Shown here: in pieces, positions 1 through 12,300 of the stretch
Layout: every line of letters starts with the position of its first letter
Position numbering within the stretch: position 1 is the first letter of the stretch
Origin: Callorhinchus milii
Taxonomy: Eukaryota
Assembly: GCF_018977255.1 (NCBI RefSeq)
Contig: NW_024704743.1
Coordinates: forward strand, 107,882,001 to 107,946,000
DNA: 64,000 nt
Direction of reading: 5' to 3'
Notes under the pieces: model-generated
Told to the model about the DNA's origin: nothing
Database searches by the model: none
Seen by the model: the letters and a program-made list of their open reading frames with translations, nothing else
Translations under genes and position numbers: made by a program

Positions 1-835
1 AACAACCTGAAGCTTACTGGAAAATAAAGTGCCTCAAGTGACACCCCTTTCCCCTTGCTCATAGCTATTGTCTCATCTACTTGAGTTACAACAGCCTTCA
101 GAGGGATTTGAACATTGCTATATCGTTGAAAAAGAAGCTGCACCTAAAATGTCTTTAATCAGTGTTTGTAAGGGTGCTTCCCTCTGGTGAGACATGGGAA
201 TATCCATTCCAGACATGGGAATTTCCATATGTAGATGGGAGGCTTGGAACTCTCAATCTGGTTTAGATATTCTTAAACATGGAGATAGGTTTCTGCAGCC
301 GACCAAAAATTAAGAAAATTTGCATCTAAACCTTCAAAGAACTGCTGCAATTTAACAGTCTCCTTACAATAATGGTCGCACTGAATGCTGTAAGCCTACC
401 ATTGTTTCATTAGTTATGGTCAAATATTGGGTCATGTTTATGTCTCTGTCAATTGGTGTAACATCTTCACCTGCTACGCTTGCAAAGAGGAACAAATGTG
501 TGAGCACAACAATTTTATTAAGATTATTTACTGTCTACTGTTAATTTGGTAACTTTTTATATCTGTGTGACATCTTTCATTTTCATGCTCTTCTTAAGAA
601 TGGATTTTTAAATACAGGACTTGAAATAATACATATGCAAGTTCAATCAACCTGTTAATGTTTTTCCTCTTTATTGTTTTCAGATGGAAATGGTTATAAG
701 GTTTTGTGGTTAGCAGCTACTCTCTTGTGGCTCAACAAATAATAAAGCTTTATTGACTCCATGAAATTTTCTGTAATGTTTTGCCTACTGTTCAGAACTA
801 CTGTGCAAGAGATTTCCAGGATTTGGTCACACAAG

Positions 836-1356
836 ATAACAACAACAATATTTTACATTTATACAGTGCTTTTCACATCAGGATGTCTCAAAACACTGCA
901 CATAACTATACTGGACCCTGAACCAGTGGGGGAAGGGGAGCTGAAGAGGGAGGAAAGGTGACTTAAAGAACAATAACCAGCACTTATATAGTGCCCTTCA
1001 TTTAGGATAACATCTTGGAGTCTGAAAGAGATAGGTCTTAAGGTGGGTTGTGAAGACAAAGAGGGAAGGGGCAAAGCAAACCGACCCCAGGATGAAGTTC
1101 CATAGAATGGTAGCAGAGTTGCCGAAGGTTCACCCACCAATAGTGAGTCAGAGTAGGCAGTGAATGTGAAGCAGGTTCGTGTTAGCTAAGCATAAGGAGC
1201 AGCATAGGAGTCAGGTCATAGGAGGTTGCAGAGGTGAGGCGAGGTCAAGTAGGTATTTCAAAATAATCTTGAATTCAATCCGATAGGGGTTGGGGAGCCA
1301 GTGGATCCACACGAGGATAGGAGTGATGAGCTCACAGAGCCGAGTTCGAGAAAGCA
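836..1356 (-). mobile_element. Old L2 LINE 3' fragment(s)
   Basis: (AAC)n tail and degenerate similarity to the 61118 copy. Confidence 0.7.
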
Positions 1357-1845
1357 CACTTTTTTTNATGCTTGGCATTAATGGTTATATGAATTAATTA
1401 TATTAATCATATTAATGGTTATACTAATTATAGGTTCTGTCACACCGCATACTTCCTGATATATATGCATCATGGAAATGTAATTTAACATTCTATTTTT
1501 TATAAATATATGATCATTTAGGAGGTATCGTTTGACATATTCCAACGACATAAATTATTCACACCACAATCATAAACATAGCAATGATGAAAATGACATT
1601 CACCAATAGCCTGCATCTTTCCCTGCTTTACTCGATAAAATGACAACTGAAAATAGTGGGGAAGGGTGTGGGAGCCAGTATAGTTGGGTATTAAATGCTT
1701 TGCAATATTTCACATTCAGTTATCATAAGAATCCTTGCAAATGCATCACATATTGGGTAAAGAAAGCAATTGCTGGAATAGGACTGAGAATGGTTTAAAA
1801 CCGTGTTAGGTGTATAACATTAGAGTAACACATACACACACACAC

Positions 1846-1897
1846 AGATAGATAGACAGACAGATAGATAGACAGACAGATAGATAGACACTCAGAC

Positions 1898-1980
<83 letters not shown>
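1846..1980. repeat. (GATA/GACA)n microsatellite
   Basis: Direct reading. Confidence 0.95.
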
Positions 1981-2210
1981 TAATAATATTAATAATAATA
2001 ATAATCCTTGCATTTGATATAACGCTTTTCACGTCGGGAGGACATCCCAAAGCGCTTCACAGAACACACTGTAAAGTGAATTGACCGTATATTTGTGGGC
2101 GAACGCGGCAGCCAATTGCGCACAGCAATGTCCCACAAACAGTCGTAGATTGAAAATGACCAATTTACTATCGTTTGGGGGTTTTTGGAGGGATTATTAT
2201 TAGGCGTGTG
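1981..2210 (-). mobile_element. tRNA-derived SINE, 5'-truncated (short subfamily)
   Basis: Same body and tail as the full copies (tttgtgggac...aattggctgccgcgttcgcccaca...aaatgcaaggattattatt). Confidence 0.9.
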
Positions 2211-2244
2211 ATAGATAGACGGATAGACAGACAGAGACAGACAG

Positions 2245-2291
<47 letters not shown>

Positions 2292-2308
2292 CAGATAGAC
2301 AGATAGAC

Positions 2309-2393
<85 letters not shown>
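2210..2393. repeat. (GATA/GACA)n microsatellite
   Basis: Direct reading; flanks the other side of the SINE at 1981-2210. Confidence 0.95.
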
Positions 2394-3007
2394 GGTTAGA
2401 GCGAGGCGACCTCCCATTCAAACCACACGTTATCTCTGGCACTGGGGAGTGTGCGCAGACGCTGGGCGGAGGGAGTCGTGTGCAGAAGAAACTGAGGGAG
2501 GCATTAAGACCCGGGAGATCCACTCGGTGCGAGGCAGGACTGGGGGAGAGGAGTGCACACACGCCCATCCCTGGCATCACACCGGGGGCTAAAGGGGCTT
2601 CAAATTCCAAAAGCCTTCAAGAGAAAATCGCTTTATTGGCAGAGACAGCCCTGTCCGGCCGAGGAGACGACACTTTTGTAGGAGAGAGCGAATATTATTT
2701 TTTTTTTTTTTTTTTTTTTCCGTGGGGGTGGGGTGTGGGGCAGGAAAAAAAGATACCCAACAAAAAAAAACAAAAAAAAACAAATCTTCTTCCCCCCCCC
2801 CACCACCTCCCCCCGCCCGCCCCCCACCACCACACCCCCTCCAAAACAAAAAGAGACCAAAAGGTGAGGTTCCACTCGGTAAAAGCGCTGCCATTGCCAT
2901 CCATTGCCCTTCGTTGCAGCAGCCTGAGCGCATGGTGCCGGCTCTGGTGGCTGTCTGCCAGCACCTCTCTGCATGAACAGCTCCTCCATCTGCAATCCAT
3001 CTGCATG

Positions 3008-3509
3008 TACCCACCAAACCCCCACCCACCCACCCACCCACCCACCTAACCCACTCACCCACCCACCCCACCCACCCACCCACCTACCCACTCACCCCCC
3101 ACCACCACTCACCCACCTCCCCCACCCACCCACCTACCCACTCACCCCCCCACCCACCTACCCACTCACTCACCCACCTCCCCCACCCACCCATCTAACC
3201 CACTCACCCACCCACCCACCCACCCACCTACCCACTCACCCACCCACTCACTCACCCCCCCACCCACCCATCTAACCCACTCACCCCCCCACCCACCCAC
3301 CTAACCCACTCACCCACCACCCCCCACCCACCTACCCACTCACCCCCCCCACCCACCCATCTAACCCACTCACCCCCCACCCACCCATCTAACCACTCAC
3401 CCACCCCCCACCCACCTACCCACTCACCCCCCACCCACCCACCTACTCACCCACCCCCCACCCACCTACCCACCCCCCACCTACCCCCCTAACCTCCCCA
3501 CCCCCCCAC
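3008..3509. repeat. C-rich (CCCA)n-based minisatellite with CTAACCCACTCA / CCTACCCACTCA subunits
   Basis: Direct reading; GGGT repeats on the minus strand. Confidence 0.93.
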
Positions 3510-3883
3510 CGGCTTGGAAACCAAATTCCCTCGCATCTCTGTGTGCCATTATCCACGTTAAACAGTGCTGTGTGTGTGCGGTGTGTGGTGTGTGTTTTAA
3601 GAAGCAGTACATCACATTTGCAAAACTGATCCTCGTTTTTATTTGCTTTTATTCCCCCCCTTCTCCCCCCCACCCCTCCCCCCCCTCCCCCTCCCCCCCC
3701 CCTCTCCCTCTCCGAGTTTCTGTCGGTTTTATTTCTGCTGCTGCTCAATAAAATGCGCAACGAAACTGCAAACAACTCGGCGTCGTCGCGTTGACTCTGA
3801 TCGCGATGGTGTCGGTAGAGAAATTGCACGGGTTGCGGGCGATTCATTCCTCCCATTATTCCCTGTTCCCTCGGTCCTCAGGC

Positions 3884-4030
3884 GGGGGAGAGGGGGGGGG
3901 GAGGGGGGGGAGAGGGGGGAGGGGGGGGGAGACGGGGAGAGGGGGGAGGGGGGGGAGGGAGAGGGGGGAGGGGGGGGGAGGGAGAGGGGAGAGGGGGGGG
4001 GGGGGGGGAGGGGGGGGAGAGGGAGAGGGG
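3884..4030. repeat. Poly-purine G-run tract (GGGGGA)n-like
   Basis: Direct reading. Confidence 0.93.
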
Positions 4031-4869
4031 TGTGATACCCGTCTCCTCGCTAAGTGCCTTTGAGGGGATATTTTTTTGTGGGGTTTGTTCTATTTGTTCT
4101 TTTAACCACTGACTGATGGACAGAGTGAGTGCGGCGCATCGTTCCGCCGGTCCTCACCGCTTTGCGCAGCGGATGGCGGTCGGTGCAGAAATGCGCATCA
4201 AAGTGCAAAACCTTCTCGGGAATTCTTCATCGCTCTCCTCCCTGTGACAGTGTTATGTTGTGTGTGGGTTGGGAGCGGGACAGCGTCCGCCCGGTCTGAG
4301 TGTCTGTGTGTCTGTGTTGTGTGTTTGTGCATTGATCACAATTTCTGGGCACCACACACCGGTTACAGTCTGACTTTATTTTTATTTTTTGGGGGGACGG
4401 TATTAATCAGAGCTCGACTACTCTGATCGGTTTGCATGACCCACCGACCGAGACCACTCACCAGAAACCGAGTTAAGTAGAGCACACACCCACCCACTGA
4501 GCGATTTATCTCTCCCCCCCCCCCACCCCCACCCCCACCCCCAGCGACTATGTACCAAAACTCATCCACACAAAATAGCTTAAAGTCTAAATATTTCTAA
4601 TTACAAATTCGGGGAAGCAGGAATTCACTGAGGAGGGTCCTACATCATCCCCCCCCCCCCCCCCCTCCCCCACCACCACATATACATCATTTACACTACA
4701 GTGTAATATTCATTTGTGTTATTACAATGAAATGGACACAATTTTAATCTGCTCAGAGAGGGCTGGGTGGGGGCGAGTGGGGGTTATGGCTTATTTCGTG
4801 TGTAACGCTGTCTGTCTGTGTGAGTGCAGATCATTTCACACTTGTATGTTCAGTGAGAGGCATCCCAGC

Positions 4870-4905
<36 letters not shown>
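4870..4905. repeat. (TCTG)n microsatellite
   Basis: Direct reading. Confidence 0.9.
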
Positions 4906-4906
<1 letters not shown>

Positions 4907-5068
4907 GATGAGAGCCTGGTGTCTGGTGGATGTGTTCTGGTGGATACTGTACTATAATAAGGATCAGGAAGGTTCACACTGTGGACCACAGTAACACAGT
5001 TTCCCTTTACCACTGCAGACTGCCTTTCTTATTGATGTAATAATACATGAAGGTTTAATTTGTTGCAG

Positions 5069-5302
5069 AAAAGGACTGGGAGTCCAGCCATGTAACGGGC
5101 CTTTCGGCATCATGTGTTAGTTATCAAGAGATGGAAAGGAGTGTCCAATAACCCAAACCTTTGCAATCCATCGGCTGTGAACAGGGACCATGGACATGAT
5201 GCTATGAGTCGCTAGTGCCTTGCTGTCACCGCAGGAGATCCGAAATTAAGACCAAGATCGTTTGTTTTTGCTTCTCTTTTATATATATATATATAAAAAA
5301 GA
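5069..5302 (+). other. CLVS1: Probable 5' UTR portion of the first CLVS1 coding exon
   Basis: Acceptor-like tttaatttgttgcag| at 5068. A second acceptor-like ccttgctgtcaccgcag| at 5234. No transcript data available. Confidence 0.5.
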
Positions 5303-5691
5303 ATGACCCATTTGCAAGCTGGGCTCCGGGCCGAAACCACTGAGAAATCCAGGCTGGAGCTGAATGAGAACCCGGACACTTTGCATCAAGACATCCAGCA
5401 GGTTAGAGACATGATCATAACCCGTCCTGATATCGGGTTCCTGCGCACGGATGATGCCTTCATCCTACGCTTTCTCCGAGCCAGGAAGTTTAATCACTTC
5501 GAGGCCTTTAAACTGCTCGCTCAGTACTTCCTCTACCGCCAGCAAAACCTGGACATGTTCAAAAACTTCAAAGCGGACGATCCCGGCATCAAACGGGCTC
5601 TGACTGATGGCTTTCCGGGAGTCCTCCAGCACGCTGATCACTATGGTAGGAAGATCCTGATATTGTTCGCTGCCAATTGGGACCAGAGTAG
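5303..5691 (+). CDS. CLVS1: Clavesin-1, coding exon 1 (MTHLQAG...[17 protein letters not shown]-terminal region)
   Basis: Translation matches the clavesin N-terminus ([23 protein letters not shown]). In-frame TAA at 5294 upstream of the ATG. Donor AG|GTAAAT at 5692, phase 2. Confidence 0.96.
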
Positions 5692-5844
5692 GTAAATGTA
5701 AAGATTGTACCTTTTCATCATTTGGTCTGTTCCACCATGCACGACAGGTTACATACACCTGGTTTACAATGTAATACTACAGATAAGGTCTTGTTGCATA
5801 AACATTGTTTTCAAATAGATACTGTTGAAGGAAAATATTGAGAT

Positions 5845-6025
5845 CATCATCATAATAATAATCCCTGCATTTGATATAGCGCCTTATCAAGTCTTTGAGA
5901 TGTCTCAAAGCGCTTCACAGAATATACTGTAAAATGAATTGACTGTATATTTTGTGGGTGAAACACAGCAGCCAATTGTGCACAGCAGTGGTGGATTGAG
6001 TGACCATATTATTACAATTTTTTTT
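5845..6025 (-). mobile_element. SINE 3' fragment
   Basis: Matches the family tail. Confidence 0.85.
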
Positions 6026-6763
6026 AGATATCACAAATGTACCTTAAAAATTCTAATACATTTCTTTTATCTTTTAACCCATTTATTTACTTGTGTTTCT
6101 TTTGTTTAGAGATTGATGTTCACTCAATTCCCAGTCTTTAGATACTCTCCCCAGTGGAATTTTGCAGAGGAATGTAAATGAAAACTTATCAATGGGTTGG
6201 ACTTACAACTATGTGTTGTGCATTCCCAGGCAGGTTGACCTGATAAACGTAGACCACTGCTATCAAAGTTACATGTTGCCCCACTCTTTCCCATGTTATT
6301 TTTGTTTCAAGCACATGTGACATTACAGGGCACAGGTTGGTCAGTATTATTAGGGTTTGAGTGGACTTATTGATGATTTAGAAAACAATTATTCAAGTGT
6401 CTAAATTGCGGTCGTTCTTAATAAGATTTCTTAACGAGGAATCTGAATCACGTAAAAGTAATGTCTTATGGTAATTGGAAGTATGTCACACTGACTCATG
6501 GGAACAATGTGCATCGAGAGTAGAATTATTGTGGATGAAAGGAAATTCTAACTGGATTCCTCATGAAAGAATCCCTTTAAGGAATACCATAAATTAGACC
6601 CTGTAGATTCCCAAATAATTCTGATCTATCCAGCACTCGTTTTTAATCTGTAAAACCCTCTCAATGAAATGACTAGAAAGAGGAAAAGGTTAAAGGTTTC
6701 TTCCAGTGTTGGAAGTTACCTGCCAATTACAACCGCACGTTGTAATTTTACATACTGTAATTA

Positions 6764-7335
6764 CATAGAACATTACAGCACAGGAACATGCCACTCAGCC
6801 CAACTAGTCTGTGGCAATGTTTTGTACTCCACATGAGTCTCTGACCCTCTTAATCCCCTCTCCCAAACACCTCTGTTCCCTTCTCCTTCTTGCATGTATC
6901 AAATTTCCTCTTGAATACATTGATGCTTTTTGCTTCTACCACAGCTTCCAAATGGAGTTCTACATTCTCACCACCCATTACAAGGTGTAAAGCAGTTCCA
7001 CCTAAACTCCCTTTTAGATCTGCTACTTGCATCTTATATTTATACTCCCTCATTTTGGACTCACCAACAAGTTGAAACAACAACCTATTGACGCCCACCC
7101 TTTCAAAACCTTTCATCATTTAAACACCTCTATCATCTGTGTTATTCATCTGTTCTCTTGAGAGAAAGGTTCCAAACTGTTCAATCTTTCTTGATAGTTG
7201 TATCCACTCAATCTTGGTTCATCTACATTATACTCTCTCCAATGCTACGATATCCTTCCGATAATATGGTGATCAGAACTGCACACAATACTCCATATAT
7301 GGCTCAAGATGTTGTATAAATTTAACATTACTTAT
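6764..7335 (-). mobile_element. Old CR1 LINE 3' fragment
   Basis: VVEAKSINVFKRKFD motif; catagaacattacagcacagg tail in reverse. Confidence 0.78.
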
Positions 7336-8527
7336 TTCTGCTATTTTGGGGGGAATATGTGTCACTGTTTTCTAAAGGAAGTTTATTTGCCAGATATTTG
7401 GATGAGAAGAGCTTAAAAGTACAGTACAAGTTATCTTTATTTGGACTGATATTTGTAAGTATTGAAGCAAGTACTGAATTTGGCATGTTATTTTATTCAG
7501 TTCAGACTCCCACAAAATTACGGCTCTGCACATCTGAGATCTTTTGTAGAAAAATGAAAGTATTTAAAAACACAACAACATTTTCCTTAAATTGGCATCA
7601 TAAAACCCTAAATGAAATCCAAATGATCCATTGGTTTCCAATTTCAGACTAAGTTAAACTTACAGAGGAACTTTGTGTAGAAGATAATGTTACAGGATAC
7701 AGCAAGTAGCAGATTAAAATAATGTTTATGGATGTTTGTCCATGTCACATGCTGATGATACCGTTGATCGAATGTTGTTTTTGGTTATCCGGGTGTCCGA
7801 CACATGTAGAGACCCAGTACCATCCATCACCCTGAACATGGAAACTTCTCTGTGTCTAGAATGGAATGTGCACTCTCTCCTTGGAGGGATGTACCCTGTT
7901 TGCCTAATTAAGGAGAATATTAGGTGCAGATTGGTGACAGCCAACACTTGGAGATCCCAGAGTGTGTGTTGGGGTGCAGCTAAAACCGCATAGCTTGCCA
8001 TTGAGAGCACTTTCTGGCAAGCTTCCTTGCTACTTATCCATCTAGGAGCTGTTAGTGCTTTGGGTATGATCAACTCCATAGGGCTATTCTGCACCCATTG
8101 TAATTATAGGTGAGAATAAGCCCACTTACAGCTTCAACACAAAGCAGTAATATAGCACTGAATTGCTTCTGAAGAGCTTTTTAAATGATTCACCTAAATC
8201 TAATACTCAGAAGAGTTACTTGTAATGGGATGGAGCTTATAATAATGCCAGTTAAGCTTCTTTATCAGAAGCAGTACTGTATTATACCATATAAAAGATC
8301 CTAAAAGAGAATTTATCAACTGTAGTAAAAATTGAACATTTTAGTCCATAGATCTCATTGCTGTTCCTGGTAGTATATTTCTTGTTCACCAATAAGACAT
8401 GCTTTGATAGTGAATTGAAAGTTCTTCAACCATTCATTGAAAAGGCCAAGACCTTTCACTGAACAACTTCCGCTCAGAAGAAACTTTCAAATGGTCTGAA
8501 GTGAGTTTAGATACAGAAAAGCCATTT

Positions 8528-8880
8528 CATAATAATAATCCTTGCATTTGATATAACAACAACAACATAATTGTGCCTTTTACGCCGAGAGGATGTCCCA
8601 AGGTCCGAGCTCTATCACGTCTTCGAGACATCTCACAGAATAAACTAATAAGTGATTTGACTATATGTTTTGTGGGCAAAACATGCCAGCCAATTGCAAA
8701 CAGCAGTGTCCCACAAACAATGTAGATTGAATGACCAAATCGTTATTCTTTAAAAAAAAATTTGGAGGGATTATTTCCCCCAGAAAACGATCCGTCAATC
8801 AACTAACAACTGGTTTCCTATTGCTGCTAGGTAGAGACGTGTGGAGGCTTTGGAGTAAGGAATCTTGCCTAAGGTTTTGA
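8528..8880 (-). mobile_element. SINE (long subfamily, head missing) with a roughly 50-bp L2 tail nested at about 8555-8606
   Basis: Family body interrupted by aacaacaac...gaggatgtcccaagg. Confidence 0.8.
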
Positions 8881-9004
8881 CCTGCTGATTTAAGCACTTC
8901 ACTCCACTACAAAATGAGATATTTTCTCTTAAGTCACGTGAACCAGAATTCTGCAGCAAATCAGCAGGTCTTCAGGCAGGTGAGGGCCAGACCAACAGTT
9001 GTAG

Positions 9005-9340
9005 TGTTAGCTGAAGAGGAAGGTCTTCAGGCATGACCTGAAAATGGGTAAGGGAGGACAAGACGGAGAGATAGATGAAGAGTGTTCCAGAGTTTGCGGT
9101 GTAGTGGCTGAAAGAGCGGCCACCGAGGGTGAAACAGAGGGCACAAGCGCCAAGCAGGAGGTTGGAGCCAGTCGAGTGGAGTCAGCGGGTAGTGAGGTGG
9201 GAGGTAAGCACGTTGGAGAGGTAGGGAGTTGCTGGGGCATGAATGGATTTGAAGCTGAATGTGAGGATCTTGAAATCAATCAGTTCAGTGATAGGGAGTC
9301 AGTGGAGCTTGGTTAGTGCTGGTGAAAGGAGGATACGGAG
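9005..9340 (-). mobile_element. Old L2 3' fragment
   Basis: Minus-strand frame ends FRSCLKTFLF, the L2 ORF2 C-terminal motif. Confidence 0.7.
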
Positions 9341-12300
9341 TTTATTGCGGGAAAACTCAATATTTGCTAATGTATATTTTTTTTACCCGGAAGTTGCCTT
9401 TAGAACATGTTCTATTACATTATGCAGCTTGGCGGTAGGGTCAGAATCACTGGGATTGCAAGGTAGAACAGGTGAAGCCACTGCATAAAAAAGTTTCATG
9501 TGTGGTATGTTGCATAATTATGTCCTAGGCTGATTGAAGCTTATAGCTGGTTTGAATTGAAACTTAAAACTGCAGAATGGAAACACTATGGACACTTACT
9601 TTATAATAATAATAATCTTTCCATTTGATATAGCGCCTTATCACATCTTCGAGATGACGCAAAACGCTTCACAGAATATACTGTAAAGTGAATTGACTGT
9701 ATATATTGTGGGCGAAATAAATTTTACTTTATTCATAGAATATACGAATATATACCTTTTTAAAAAAACATTCAAAAAAATTACAGACCATTTTAAAATG
9801 AATATACATTATTATTTTTCCAGAGCCAGCATTTTAGAGTACAAAATGCTTCTTGGAAGTTGATATGGTCCCAATCCTGCAAGTCTATTCTGCATTTCTT
9901 CTGAATTCGGCAGACTTGTTCTTTCAACTCCAAAGTAGATCCAATGCTGGATTGTGTGGACCACGGAGATGATGTGATTTACATTGAAACTTACATAACA
10001 TAATGGAGAAAAACAACCTTCTACTTAATTCCAAGTGACCCTGCCTCCTGATTTAATGTTCCATGAAAACAGCCGCAGTAATGTTCCTAGCCCATGGCAA
10101 GATTTTATTTAATTGGGCATCAAAGAGTGTGCGCTTCATATACATATATAACAAAAATATTCTCTTGGAATAAATGCCACCAATGATGCATCCATTTCTT
10201 GTCTTTTCTAAGGCAAGAGCATAACTCAAGTAAACTTTATTCAGCCAGAGTTGTGGCTTAGGAGGTCACTGCATTATTATCACAGATGAAAGGTTAAATT
10301 TTACTATGAGTGGAGGATGACATGGTCAGATGGAAGAATACATAAACAATGAAATGGGTACCTAATCGAGTGCTGTGGCCTAAAATTGAACCATGACTGG
10401 AATAAGTACTACAATACCTGTTGCAGCAAATCTATTTTATATTTAAATATCCGTGTTGTGAAATATCTGTTCTGCTTTTTGAAACGTGCACATCTTGACT
10501 GTTGGCCAAAATGTTATTAAATGAAATAATATTTGTGCATGTATTAGAGTCACTTAACTTGACCTCCAGTGTTGTAGGGATATGCATATGAATTGTAATC
10601 ATATTAGTTGAGGTACAGTTTAGTCATGATCTAATTAAATGGCGGAACAGGCTCGAAGGGCTGAATGGCCTACTCCTGTTCCTATGTTCCTATATTACTT
10701 TAAAAATCTTGGTTCAATCATTTAGGAAATGTAATATTGTAGTCAGCACTTGTAGAAGGTCTTTAATATCTGATCTCTTTGTGATTTTACTAGTAGGAAA
10801 AGTTGCTATTTACGCTGGAATGTTCTGTATTCTCAAAGCTGTCTGTTCTGGTGAAAATTGCGACTCTTTGTAGCACCTACCAAACATTCGCATTTTGAGC
10901 TTGTAAACAGCATTGACATCTACATTCATGATATCTAAGATAGAGCAGTGTAGCGTCTTAAACCCTCCAATAAATGCAATAAATGAAGCAAAAAGGATGT
11001 TAACAATGACCCCACTAGAGATGTGACTTTTCAAAGGTGTCATTTTCCCTTCCGAACAAAACTCCATCTTGGAGTCCCTCCAACTCCCATCCTCTCTCCC
11101 TCCCACTTTCAAAGCCCTTTAAAGACTTACATTTTGTCACATTGAAACATGTTAAAGCTCTTCACTGGTAATCACTGTTAAGTGTGGCAACTATGTAGGC
11201 AAATACCCTCGCAACTTGCACCAGCAAAATCCCACAAACAGCAATGAGATGATTGACTAATCTGGAGGATTTATGGCTAAGACATTTCCATTACTACTAA
11301 TAATAAACTGCTTCACCACTGTACAAATACACAACCCTTTGACTGAATGGCTACCAACTGAGGCAGGTTGACTCTCTTTAAAGATATGCAGCAGTGGAAA
11401 TAGTTTATGAAAGACATAGGGATACACTTTCATTCTATTATAAATACTAATGTACATCTATGTGAGACACAAGAGGAACTTCGGTTTCAGACTGTGCTAA
11501 ACTGAAAGGGGTCTCCTTATTTCACTTCCAGTGGGTTCTAAGTTCTGAGTGGACATTAAACCTCATTGACTTCACATCTGCCCACATGGTGATGTTTTAA
11601 TATTTAATTAAAAGTGATCATTTACCAGTTAGTATACACACCTACGCTCTCATTCCCTGGTGTCTAGCAAGGTATTAGACAATTCATAATATTGACAAAG
11701 GTTAATGAAATGAGCACACAATATTTAACATTCACAATGGAAAGGTATATTTTACTGGAAAAGGCATTGCACGATCCCACTCCCAAGCAGAGGCACAGTC
11801 AATACATCTTCTTGACTATTTCCTCAGAGGAAACACTGCACTGTAGATTTAAGTGATGATCAGTGACCTTCTGTATTCTCAGTACACTATTGTAAAGCAG
11901 AGATTTAACAAAAGAAAAGCTGAAGTAATCTGCTGCATAAGCCTTCAGAGTACTGAAACATTTTTAGTTTCGAAAACATGCATTTGTTTGCCTTCCTATA
12001 GAATTATGATGAAATGACATGCTATACACCTTCCATTTTGAACATCCTAAATTATAATTATGAAAAATATTAAAACAAGCACATTTCCTATTGAATTTGA
12101 ATTTAATTAATTTGATATGTTATTTAATAGTTCTATTCTTGCATTTGATATAGTGCTTTATGAGACCTCTCAAAGAACTCACAAAATATACTGTATAGTG
12201 GATTGACTGTGTATTTTGGACACGAATCGTGGCAGCCAATTACCCAAGGAAAGCGATCCGCCAATCAACTAACAACTGGGTTCCTACTTACTGCTAAGTA

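Larger units (their letters stand above)
2400..4500 (+). promoter_or_regulatory. Putative CLVS1 promoter / non-coding first exon region
   Basis: Local CpG enrichment (2400-2960, 3750-3880, 4120-4300) in otherwise CpG-poor DNA, 1-3 kb upstream of the first coding exon. Donor-like AAG|GTGAGG (2864) and AGA|GTGAGT (4125). Confidence 0.6.

Noticed and set aside
1361..1370. Ambiguous base n at 1367
   Set aside because: Assembly ambiguity or join; adjacency across it should be treated cautiously, but it has no biological meaning.
3008..3509. Interstitial telomere
   Set aside because: Only scattered CTAACCC units inside a (CCCA)n repeat; no tandem (CCCTAA)n.
1795..4063. Numerous ORFs (SVCL, PPTH, poly-Gly repeats)
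   Set aside because: Translations of microsatellites and G/C tracts with no protein family signal.
4270..4292. REST/RE1 silencer site (ggacagcgtcc)
   Set aside because: Only the right half-site is present; no TTCAGCACC half nearby.
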